Sequence record: DRR723986_2456
DNA: 64,000 bases
Strand: one strand, 5' to 3'
Below, piece by piece: positions 1-8,020 of this stretch. The notes under the pieces were generated by a model. That model searched no databases. It was not told where the DNA came from and saw nothing but the letters and a program-made list of their open reading frames with translations. Each line of letters begins with the position of its first letter. Positions within the stretch are counted from its first letter, which is position 1. The position numbers were made by a program, and so were the translations under genes.

Positions 1-40
1 AAGCATTGCAGCGGACAAGCCGCTGAATGCCGCGTTATGA
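1..40 (+). mobile_element. attC: integron attC site (left end cut by window edge)
   Basis: Stem GCATT-G-CAGCGG (3-14) / CCGCTG-AATGC (20-30) with one unpaired G, then core-site-like GTTATGA at 34-40 just before a gene. Confidence 0.8.
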
Positions 41-62
41 ATACATGGAGAGTAGAGTAGGT

Positions 63-413
63 ATGAACTTCAATCCAGACTCCTTTTTAGGAGCCGGTTA
101 TAAACGATTAGATTTGAAATTTATTTTCGACAACCTTAGGAATGTTGGTATTGCTTCCGCGATTTTTGTTGCTGGCAGCTTTCTGATGAAAAATGGAGCG
201 ACATTTATTGCGCCCAATTTCAACTCAGAGTTGTGGGGAACTGTTATTTGTATTCTTGCGCTGCTTCTTCTTGCGTGTAATTTTTTGCAATTTGTATACC
301 TTTCCGCAAGCCTTGGCACGAAAACATCCATAAGCTGCGCCGCTGCATTGGCAGCCCCCGTCTATGTTGTTATTTCTTTATTGTTCGCTACATATACGAT
401 AAATGGTTTATAA
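63..413 (+). CDS. integron cassette hypothetical membrane protein (about 3 TM segments)
   Basis: AT-rich ORF filling the space between two attC sites, with three hydrophobic stretches. Start is ATG 63 or 45; the track start at 27 lies inside attC. Confidence 0.7.
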   Translation: MNFNPDSFLGAGYKRLDLKFIFDNLRNVGIASAIFVAGSFLMKNGATFIAPNFNSELWGTVICILALLLLACNFLQFVYLSASLGTKTSISCAAALAAPVYVVISLLFATYTINGL

Positions 414-422
414 GCGTGATAT

Positions 423-514
423 GCACAACAAGACTGAGCAGCATCGTAAACACTGCGTGTTTACTGTGCCTCAGTTGCATTCGCACCTCCGGCCGCTGTC
501 AGTAAGCGTTAAGC
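423..514 (+). mobile_element. attC: integron attC site
   Basis: Inverse core GCACAAC 423-429; ACTGA-G-CAGC (433-442) pairs with GCTG-TCAGT (495-503) with an extrahelical G; inner hairpin GTAAACAC/GTGTTTAC; core GTTAAGC 508-514. Confidence 0.85.
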
Positions 515-535
515 ATAGAAATTAAGGATACAGAC

Positions 536-1009
536 TTGAATCCACTAGTCTTGGTATTAGGTGCATTAGGAGCATTTGTTGCTGCTGACAGGCTGGCCGG
601 TGCGTTATTCCGAAAAAAAAGAATATTTGTTAGTTATTACTATGAAAAAGACAGGGCTATAAAACGATTGCTCAATGCTTGGAGCAAAAATGATAAATTT
701 GATATTGAGTTCGAAGATATGTCGGCAGACGTTTCACTTGCAACCAAAACAGACGACGAGCTAAAACAGGAGCTTACAGCGCGAATTAACGAGTCAGATA
801 TTGTGCTTGTCTTGATTGGAAGTAAAACCCATTCTCGAAAGTGGATTGACTATGAAGTGGGAGAAGCTGTCCGTCTTGCCAAGCCAATCGTTGCTGTTAA
901 ACAGGATAGGGGCAATATTTCACCCAAGAAGCTTAAAGGGGTGGGTGCAAATTGGGTATACGGTTTTCGGGCCAAGAAAGTAAGTAAAGCTCTCAAAGAG
1001 TGCATTTGA
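536..1009 (+). CDS. TIR-domain protein, ThsB/DUF1863-like, with N-terminal hydrophobic segment
   Basis: RIFVSY beta-A motif, IVLVLIGSKT, WIDYEV with catalytic-type Glu, PIVAV; TTG start after AAGGA. Confidence 0.85.
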   Translation: MNPLVLVLGALGAFVAADRLAGALFRKKRIFVSYYYEKDRAIKRLLNAWSKNDKFDIEFEDMSADVSLATKTDDELKQELTARINESDIVLVLIGSKTHSRKWIDYEVGEAVRLAKPIVAVKQDRGNISPKKLKGVGANWVYGFRAKKVSKALKECI

Positions 1010-1037
1010 AAGTTAAGCACAAAGGCAGGGTTGGCGC

Positions 1038-1487
1038 ATGAATGACGATGATTATATAAGTTCGAGGGTCGACAACCAAATAGACTGGTATGACCGAAAG
1101 AGCCAAGGAGCCCAGAGGTGGTTCAAGCTACTTAGAGGGGCTGAAATAGTTGCCGCTGCTACCATTCCATTGATCGCAGGCTTCGCCACTGAACCGTTTC
1201 CGGTTACTTTAGTTCTTGGAATTTTAGGCGCATCTATTGCTGTAATTTCAGCGGCAATAAGCTTAAATCAATTTCAAGAGAATTGGACTGAATATAGAAC
1301 TACGTGTGAGTCCTTAAAGCACGAAAAATTTCTATACCTGACGAGGGCCGAACCTTATCACGAGGAAGAGCCATTTCGTCTTTTCGTTCAAAGGGTGGAA
1401 AGCCTAATTTCTAAAGAAAATAGTGCCTGGTCTCAATACACTCAAGCAAGCATTGAAAACACAAAACCTAACGGCGGAAAGACTTAA
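1038..1487 (+). CDS. SLATT-family (DUF4231) two-TM protein
   Basis: R-x3-QIDWYDRKS, two hydrophobic helices, then WTEYRTTCESLKHEKFLYL and FVQRVESLISKE, as typical of DUF4231. Confidence 0.85.
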   Translation: MNDDDYISSRVDNQIDWYDRKSQGAQRWFKLLRGAEIVAAATIPLIAGFATEPFPVTLVLGILGASIAVISAAISLNQFQENWTEYRTTCESLKHEKFLYLTRAEPYHEEEPFRLFVQRVESLISKENSAWSQYTQASIENTKPNGGKT

Positions 1488-1488
1488 A

Positions 1489-2016
1489 ATGGCTAGCGGG
1501 ATACTCTATGATCTTGGTGTGGTAAAGAGGAAGGTGTTCGTAAGTTACCACCATGGAAATGACCGTCCCTATTATGACGCATTCATAAACTCATTTTCAA
1601 ATACCTATGACGTGGTCCATGACAACTCTGTAGAGCGTGCAGTTAATAGTGACAACACAGATTATGTTATTCGAAAAATAAGAGAAAACTACATCACCGG
1701 GAGCTCCTGCACGATTGTTCTTTGTGGCCCACAAACACCTTGGAGAAAATTTGTTGATTGGGAAATAAAAGCCACGCTAGATAAACAACATGCTCTGATT
1801 GGTGTGAATTTGCCCACAAATCCACTGAATGCGGGCAATAAATATACTGTACCAGATAGACTGCATGACAATATTCAATCTGGATTCGCGGTATGGGTCG
1901 ATTGGACGACATTCACCCAAACTCATGAAGCAGTACGGCAATATATCGAGTTGGCGAAATCAAGCTCTACTCAGCTGATAGACAATAGCCGTCCTTTGCG
2001 ACAGCGGAATCGGTAA
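1489..2016 (+). CDS. TIR-domain protein, ThsB/DUF1863-like
   Basis: RKVFVSYHH, IRENYITGSSCTIVLCG, WRKFVDWEIKATL (catalytic-type Glu), PDRLHDN; ATG 1 nt after the SLATT stop. Confidence 0.9.
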   Translation: MASGILYDLGVVKRKVFVSYHHGNDRPYYDAFINSFSNTYDVVHDNSVERAVNSDNTDYVIRKIRENYITGSSCTIVLCGPQTPWRKFVDWEIKATLDKQHALIGVNLPTNPLNAGNKYTVPDRLHDNIQSGFAVWVDWTTFTQTHEAVRQYIELAKSSSTQLIDNSRPLRQRNR

Positions 2017-2018
2017 GC

Positions 2019-2079
2019 GCTTAACAAACGCCTCAATTAGGACACTCGCAAGCTCGCGCCTATTACGCGGGCGTTACGA
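2019..2079 (+). mobile_element. attC: integron attC site (last of array)
   Basis: Inverse core GCTTAAC 2019-2025 is the exact complement of GTTAAGC at 508; imperfect stem AATTAGG/CCTATT; core GTTACGA 2073-2079. Confidence 0.85.
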
Positions 2080-2216
2080 GTCTGATCATGCATATATTGA
2101 CCATCCGAAATCAATGGGGTCAGAGTCATTGACCCTGATGCTAGCCCCCATCCACCTATAACTACCCCGTCCCTTTAGCCCTCGGGTAATGTCTGCACGG
2201 CCGACGGCTCACTGAA

Positions 2217-2573
2217 TCAAAACGGAATGTCGTCATCCGTGTTGCTAAAGGATTGATCATATGGCGTGTTGTCTGCTGGGGGGTAGGGTTCGCTATCTGC
2301 GGCACTGGCGTCTGACTGGATTTTCCAGCCCACCAGATTATTGAAGTAGCGCCCGTTGTACTCACGCCCGCGAATGTCGAAGCTCACGGTGACGCTCTGC
2401 CCAACACTAAGGCTGTCCAGTAGGCTGATCTTTTCTTTTAGGAATTCCAGGCTGATATCCTGCGGGTAGTTGCCGTCTTCGACGGTGACCACCATTTCCC
2501 GCTTGCTAAAACCACTATTGAAGGTTTGTGTTTCCTGAATCAGCTTAATTTTGCCGGTGAGCTCGTATGACAT
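2217..2573 (-). CDS. DUF3127 family OB-fold protein
   Basis: MSYELTGKIK, FSKREMVV, YPQDISLEF, FDIRGREYNGRYFNNL; acidic tail DDDIPF. Confidence 0.85.
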   Translation of the reverse strand: MSYELTGKIKLIQETQTFNSGFSKREMVVTVEDGNYPQDISLEFLKEKISLLDSLSVGQSVTVSFDIRGREYNGRYFNNLVGWKIQSDASAADSEPYPPADNTPYDQSFSNTDDDIPF

Positions 2574-2712
2574 GCTTCTCTCTCGGGGGTTGCGTGTGTG
2601 CCACCAATTGGCCAAACGCATTGTACCAATGCCGGATTGAATCGCCAGACTTGGCGTCAATGGGCAAACGTGATTCATTGCCGCCCTCTGGCTACCCCTT
2701 CTGGCTCCTCCC

Positions 2713-3390
2713 TCAATCCAACCCCAACCATGTTTTAAGACTGTTGCCGATATCGATGATCTCCTCCATACAGACTTCATGCTGCATGGGGTAGCTGCGG
2801 TAGGTGGGTTTAAAGCCCATGCTTTGCAGGATTTGATCGGCGGTATGGCCCATCACTTCGGGCACCATTGGGTCTTGGCTGCCGTGGAAAATATGGATGG
2901 GCAGCGCCTTGTTTGCTTCCGAGAGCGTGACTTCCTTGGCGGTGGCAAAGTAGGTAGACATTGTCAGTAAACCCGCCAGCGGTTTGGGGTAGGAAAGCGC
3001 GGTGTGGTACACCACTGCCCCGCCCTGACTAAAGCCTGCCAATACGATGCGCTCGCTGGGAATACCGGCATCCAGCTCGCGCTGAATTAGCTCACGCACA
3101 GCCGCAGAGGAGGCTTCTATCTGCTCGGTATCAATCTCGCGCTCAAGCGACATGGCGAGTATGTCATACCAGGCGGGCATGACCATGCCGCCGTTGATTG
3201 TGACGGGAATCTCCGGCGCATGGGGGAAGATAAAGCGCACGCGGTGATTTTCCGGTAGACCAAGATGAGGCACCACCGGTACAAAGTCGTGGCCGCTGGC
3301 ACCCAGGCCGTGTAGCCAAATAACGGCGGCATCGGCCGTCGTTTGCGGTTCTATTACTTCACATTTGAGCAAGACATTACTCCCGAACAT
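2713..3390 (-). CDS. phospholipase/carboxylesterase (alpha/beta hydrolase)
   Basis: WLHGLGA, PAWYDI, GFSQG nucleophile, HGSQDPMV, MQHEV. Confidence 0.92.
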   Translation of the reverse strand: MFGSNVLLKCEVIEPQTTADAAVIWLHGLGASGHDFVPVVPHLGLPENHRVRFIFPHAPEIPVTINGGMVMPAWYDILAMSLEREIDTEQIEASSAAVRELIQRELDAGIPSERIVLAGFSQGGAVVYHTALSYPKPLAGLLTMSTYFATAKEVTLSEANKALPIHIFHGSQDPMVPEVMGHTADQILQSMGFKPTYRSYPMQHEVCMEEIIDIGNSLKTWLGLD

Positions 3391-3708
3391 TAAAATTTGC
3401 GGTTAGGGTATCACGGACAGACAGCACAGGTCGGGACTCGCATAGCCCACATTCCCGGATTCCCGGAGCACCTAGCCAATCGACACCTATACCTAAATAG
3501 ATACTTCTCAATTCTCAATGCAGGCAGGCAGCTATTGTCTATACAAGCTGAGAGGGACTACACAAGAAGCGACAGCAAACAGCAATTTGTGCCGGCCAAT
3601 TTGCGCGGCATTTATCAGTGTTCTAGCATGTTGCGCACTGTAACCTGCGCGCCTGACATGGCCCGGCAGCGCCTACTTAAGCGAGCCATGGTAAAAAGGA
3701 ACTCTCTC

Positions 3709-4497
3709 ATGCTACGCCACCAGAACGGAAGCCTGCTCCAGCTTGAGGATGCAGAGATTTACTATCAGGTATCGGGCTCGCCAACCGGCCACCCGCTTTT
3801 GCTGCTTCATGGTGGCCTGGGTAGCCTGGAAGACTTTTCAGCGATCGCGGGCAGCATACCTGAGCACTTCTTTGTCATTGCCGTGGACCTTCGCGGCCAC
3901 GGCCGCTCCACAATAGGGAGAAAGCCCCTTAGCTACTTACAACACCAACTGGATGTTCAGGCCCTTATCGCTCACCTAAATCTGGACGAGTATTCAATAT
4001 TGGGATTCAGCGACGGCGGTATTGTCGGCTATCGCTTGGCCATCGAGAATGCCGCCATCAGAGCCCTTGTCACGGTAGGTGCTCAATGGCGAATTTCAGA
4101 CCAAGATGCCTGCTATGAAATACTCAGCGGGGTAACACCTGAAACATGGACAGAGATATTCCCCGACGCGCCTCGGAAATATTCTGAACTGAATCCACAC
4201 GGCAACTTTGCCGAGTTGGTTCAGAGCTGCACCAGGCTCTGGACGGACCTCGGCCCCTCTGGCTATCCGGGAGATGCCATTGCCCGCATTCAGTGCCCCA
4301 CCCTGATCCTTCGGGGTGATAGTGACTTCCTACTTTCTTTGGAAGAGGCAGCAGACGCACAAACCATGATCAATGGGGCATCACTTGGGAACATCCCCTT
4401 CTGCAGCCACGCGGCCATCGAAGAGTCTCCCGATATTGCAGCGCGCTTGATCTGTGATTTTCTGAACGAGCCCAGAAAACGCCATACCGATACCTAG
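3709..4497 (+). CDS. alpha/beta fold hydrolase
   Basis: LLHGGLG, DLRGHGRS, GFSDGG, GDSD, C-terminal His; start moved to the ATG after AAGGA. Confidence 0.88.
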   Translation: MLRHQNGSLLQLEDAEIYYQVSGSPTGHPLLLLHGGLGSLEDFSAIAGSIPEHFFVIAVDLRGHGRSTIGRKPLSYLQHQLDVQALIAHLNLDEYSILGFSDGGIVGYRLAIENAAIRALVTVGAQWRISDQDACYEILSGVTPETWTEIFPDAPRKYSELNPHGNFAELVQSCTRLWTDLGPSGYPGDAIARIQCPTLILRGDSDFLLSLEEAADAQTMINGASLGNIPFCSHAAIEESPDIAARLICDFLNEPRKRHTDT

Positions 4498-4525
4498 AAC
4501 AGCCGTACTCGTTTCTTTATGGGCC

Positions 4526-5008
4526 TTATGGACGGGCCGAAGGAGAGCAATAGTCAGCAAACAGCTTTTGCATTTTCTCCAAACGAATATAGCCTTGCAG
4601 TGTTCCCAGCAGTTGTCCCTGTGGGCCGAATATCAGCGTCCACGGTGTGGCGGGCACGTCGCCCACAACGTTCATCAACCTGGGCGTTGCACTCAGAGCA
4701 GGGTACTGAACCTTAGCGCGGCGCACCTCCTTGCGAAGACGCAACACATCGCCATTTACGCCGACAGACAAAGGCTGAAGGTGATCGCCGCACTGCGCCT
4801 GAAGACGATTAAGCACTTTCATTTGCCGATAACACCACGGGCAATCTGGCTCAAAGAAGCTCATCAACACCACTTTGCCACGGTACTCGCTCAATACATG
4901 CTCGCCGTCACCACGCAGGCTCGGCAGCGCGAGGTCTTGCAATGCAGCCTGAGCCAGGGAGTTCGCCCCCAGGCCCAGCAACAGCAGAATGCGAAGGGCA
5001 GCGCGCAT
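4526..5008 (-). CDS. exported TlpA/ResA-like thioredoxin-fold protein
   Basis: Signal peptide, LSEYRGKVVL, CPWC, cis-Pro motif ATP; overlaps the receptor stop codon. Confidence 0.85.
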   Translation of the reverse strand: MRAALRILLLLGLGANSLAQAALQDLALPSLRGDGEHVLSEYRGKVVLMSFFEPDCPWCYRQMKVLNRLQAQCGDHLQPLSVGVNGDVLRLRKEVRRAKVQYPALSATPRLMNVVGDVPATPWTLIFGPQGQLLGTLQGYIRLEKMQKLFADYCSPSARP

Positions 5009-7104
5009 CAGAAGGTGTACTTCACACCGGCGTAGGCTTCGCGACCACGCAGCGGCCCGTAAATATGCGCGACATCGTATTCCCCGCCCTCATAGAACAG
5101 CGGCGTTTCCATGTCTTCCGCTTGCGTGTATCCAAACAAGTTACTCACCCCGGCATAAACCTGCCACTGCTCGCTGAGTACCTTGGCGACCCGCATATCT
5201 ACCGTCCAATATGATTCGGCATCTTGCGACTTCGCTTCTGTACCTGCGGCATCAAAGCTTGGGCTTTCCGGCACGCCATACTCACTAAGGTCGCGACTGC
5301 CTACCCACGTCGCCGAGGCATAAAGATCCCAGCCCGCAAACTCCCAATCTGCGCTCAGCACAATGCGCTGCTCAACAGGCACCACACCATAGGAGGATTT
5401 GAATTCGTCTGAGTAATCGATGTTCTCTGCTGTCGCCATCAACGCCAGGTCATCGCGTACGTTCCAGGTAAACGCAACATCAGCGACCAGAACACTGGCA
5501 TCGTTTTCGGACTGAGTAAGCACGGGCACACCCGCATTGTTCTCATCGAGCGCCGCCAGATTTTCCACATTGGTGTGAGACAGTGAGCCCGTAACGGCAA
5601 GGGCCTCGGCCTCGTAGCTCAGGGCATAGTTGTATGAACTGGAGCGCTCAAGTTCGTCAATTTGGATATCAAACCCGACGCTGGCATCCAGAATGCCGTG
5701 GTCGCTTTCGAAGAACGACAGCGGCGCTCGATAGCCCCGACCAAAGGAAAAACGCGACGTCCATTGGTCGTTGTGGCTGTAGCGCATATCGATACGCGGG
5801 GAGGTAATACTCTCGTCGATCTCGGTACCCGGCTTTGAGGCATCCACAAAGTTCGCTTCAACCTGGTCAAAACGCAGCGCCATCGCTATTTCAAGGTTTT
5901 CTGTGGCCGACCAGGTGTCTTGCACGTAGAAGCCTTGCGTATCGTAGTCAAAACTGTCTGATACGTAGGCTGGGCTGGTGCTATTGGTCTGTGATCGAAG
6001 CTCTTCCGCCCGATTGTCGGCCCCCACAGTAAGTAAGTGGTCGTCGCTCACTGCCCAGTGAAACCGCGCATCCAGGTAGGTCATCTCGTCGTCGGCTTCA
6101 TAGATAAAGCCTTCATAGAACGAGTCCTGCGTGTGCTCGTTGTGCGCAACCGAAAGCTGCATATTCAAATCGCTGCTAAACTCGTGGAGCCAGCTCAGGT
6201 AGACCTCGTCCCGGTCAGACTGAATCCACTCGGTGGTCTCCCAGCCTCGGCCAATATAGTCCTTGCGCACATCGTCATCGACAAACAAACTGGCTGAGGC
6301 GAAATTTGGATCGCGATGGTAGTCGGCTTTTACCTGCCCAATGCTCGTACCTGTTGGGCCGCCAAAAATTTCGGATTCGGTGTGATTCACGCGCAGGCGA
6401 ACATTGTCACGCGTACCCAAATCCTGGGAGAGGTACATGGTCAACGAGGTGTTCTCCAGCTCGGGGTTCTCGCTTACACCATTGTCATCACCGTCATATT
6501 GATCGCGCGTGTCGTACTGCCCGATAAGCGTGAGTCGGGTGGTGTCTTCGTTCGCCAGCGCCGTCGCCACAACACTACCTTTTCTATACCCAAGCTCACC
6601 GGCAGACAAGTCCAGCTCAACGCCGTTCTCCCTCGCCTCTTTGGTGACCAGGTTTATCGTACCGCCAATGGCCTCAGGCGCTATTAATGAGGCCCCTGCG
6701 CCGCGAGCAATTTCGATATTCCCAATACCGGCGGATGCAGCGGCATCCAATCCGTAGAATCCCGACATCATCGTATAGGTGGGAATGCCATCCACCAGAA
6801 TGGTTGTATGCTCTCCGCGCAACCCGTTCAGCATGACCCGCTTAACACCGCACATAGAGCATTCATTATTAACACGAACGCCCGGCGCCTCCGCGATGGC
6901 CTCCGTAAGGCTTGCCGCATTCATTTTTTCTATGGATATGTTCGAGATGACTTCCGTCTTCTGAATAACGTCCTTCAACATACCCGCCTGATACAGGCGC
7001 TCGCGCAACCCCGTAACCGTCACCTCTTCCAACACGGTGTTGTCTGCCAAGCTAGGCGCCGCTAACAGCGCGCCAATTGCCGCCCCTAAAAATACGTTTT
7101 TCAT
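5008..7104 (-). CDS. TonB-dependent outer membrane receptor
   Basis: Signal peptide, TonB box EEVTVTG, plug motif IEIARGAGAS...AIGGTINLVTK, C-terminal GVKYTF. Confidence 0.93.
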   Translation of the reverse strand: MKNVFLGAAIGALLAAPSLADNTVLEEVTVTGLRERLYQAGMLKDVIQKTEVISNISIEKMNAASLTEAIAEAPGVRVNNECSMCGVKRVMLNGLRGEHTTILVDGIPTYTMMSGFYGLDAAASAGIGNIEIARGAGASLIAPEAIGGTINLVTKEARENGVELDLSAGELGYRKGSVVATALANEDTTRLTLIGQYDTRDQYDGDDNGVSENPELENTSLTMYLSQDLGTRDNVRLRVNHTESEIFGGPTGTSIGQVKADYHRDPNFASASLFVDDDVRKDYIGRGWETTEWIQSDRDEVYLSWLHEFSSDLNMQLSVAHNEHTQDSFYEGFIYEADDEMTYLDARFHWAVSDDHLLTVGADNRAEELRSQTNSTSPAYVSDSFDYDTQGFYVQDTWSATENLEIAMALRFDQVEANFVDASKPGTEIDESITSPRIDMRYSHNDQWTSRFSFGRGYRAPLSFFESDHGILDASVGFDIQIDELERSSSYNYALSYEAEALAVTGSLSHTNVENLAALDENNAGVPVLTQSENDASVLVADVAFTWNVRDDLALMATAENIDYSDEFKSSYGVVPVEQRIVLSADWEFAGWDLYASATWVGSRDLSEYGVPESPSFDAAGTEAKSQDAESYWTVDMRVAKVLSEQWQVYAGVSNLFGYTQAEDMETPLFYEGGEYDVAHIYGPLRGREAYAGVKYTF

Positions 7105-7159
7105 AGCGTTCCCTTTCAATATCGGCGATGGCCCAGAACACCATCACGCCGCGAATAAC

Positions 7160-7184
7160 GCTAATGATAATGATTTTTATTTGC
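7160..7184. promoter_or_regulatory. Fur box (two overlapping matches)
   Basis: GCTAATGATAATGATTTTT (7160-7178) matches GATAATGATAATCATTATC at 15/19 and GATAATGATTTTTATTTGC (7166-7184) at 14/19; upstream of the TonB receptor. Confidence 0.75.
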
Positions 7185-7244
7185 GAAATAAGATAAAGCG
7201 TCAATTTCTTGATCCAGATCAAGAATTGGCGCATTCCATGCGAC

Positions 7245-7550
7245 TTATTGTCCGATCAGAATCAGCTTTCCGGTCTCCGGGTCACGATATACAGTGCCCA
7301 GTGACTCGTAGCCGCTGCCGTCTTGCAGCTGTGATTGCACACTGTCCGGCGCCTGCGGCAGTTCTTCACCCAGCGATAAATCCCGCTGCTGGCGTGTGCT
7401 GTCAAAGTGCTGCTGTAGCTCGGGGCTATAGGCCACCAGCGCGGCGATCAGGCCGCAGGCAAATACCAGAATTATGTCCACCAGGTTCGCCATGGGCCCC
7501 AGTGGGTCGTCGTCGTGCTCAAAGAAGTGACTGCGCCGCCAATCATCCAT
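7245..7550 (-). CDS. DUF2149 family protein (ExbD-like, HmuV-like)
   Basis: DDDPLGPMANLVDIILVFACGL single TM with Asp; GTVYRDPETGKLILI. Confidence 0.85.
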   Translation of the reverse strand: MDDWRRSHFFEHDDDPLGPMANLVDIILVFACGLIAALVAYSPELQQHFDSTRQQRDLSLGEELPQAPDSVQSQLQDGSGYESLGTVYRDPETGKLILIGQ

Positions 7551-7554
7551 TGTG

Positions 7555-7998
7555 CTATTCCCCTGCGTCTGTCGACGGCGTTAGTGCCAGCAGCGCTCGG
7601 TCGTACCAGCGGCGGCGCAAGCGGCCAAGTACAAATCCGATCATGCCCGCCAACAAACCAATGACCGTCGTATCAAAAGCCGTGATCATCGCCGTGGTAA
7701 GCACCTGCAAGTCGCCCTCACCCAACGCGGCCAGCCCTGGCCCCAATGGAATCAGTGTGCCCATGAGGCCGAGCATGGGCGAGAGTCGCGTGACAAAATC
7801 TGCTCGCTCGATGCGCCGCCGCCCCGTTTCCAGTAGCGCGGCGCGGCTCATGCGGGCAATGCCGCCAAAGCGCTCACCCAGCGCCAGGCCACACTCAAAC
7901 ACGGCCACTGCCAACATAAGCAACAGTGCCCACACCACAGGCTCTAACAGCAGGCCAGATAACGTATGTAAAACATCCAGCGATAAACTCGAAAACAT
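7555..7998 (-). CDS. MotA/TolQ/ExbB proton channel family protein (HmuU-like)
   Basis: PMLGLMGTLIPL and AFDTTVIGL helices. Confidence 0.88.
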   Translation of the reverse strand: MFSSLSLDVLHTLSGLLLEPVVWALLLMLAVAVFECGLALGERFGGIARMSRAALLETGRRRIERADFVTRLSPMLGLMGTLIPLGPGLAALGEGDLQVLTTAMITAFDTTVIGLLAGMIGFVLGRLRRRWYDRALLALTPSTDAGE

Positions 7999-8020
7999 AG
8001 CGACTTTCCTTTTCTAACGA

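Noticed and set aside
536-2016. Calling the cassette canonical Thoeris (thsA/thsB)
   Set aside because: No SIR2, SLOG or Macro domain protein is present; the middle gene is SLATT-like
1-2080. Integrase/attI, or CRISPR reading of the spaced hairpins
   Set aside because: No tyrosine recombinase ORF in the window; the hairpins are non-identical and separated by whole genes
3397-3708. 104-aa N-terminal extension of the hydrolase in the ORF track
   Set aside because: No hydrolase features; a good RBS and ATG lie at 3709
7037-8017. 326-aa plus-strand ORF
   Set aside because: Antisense shadow of the ExbB-like and DUF2149 genes, crosses the Fur box, no motifs
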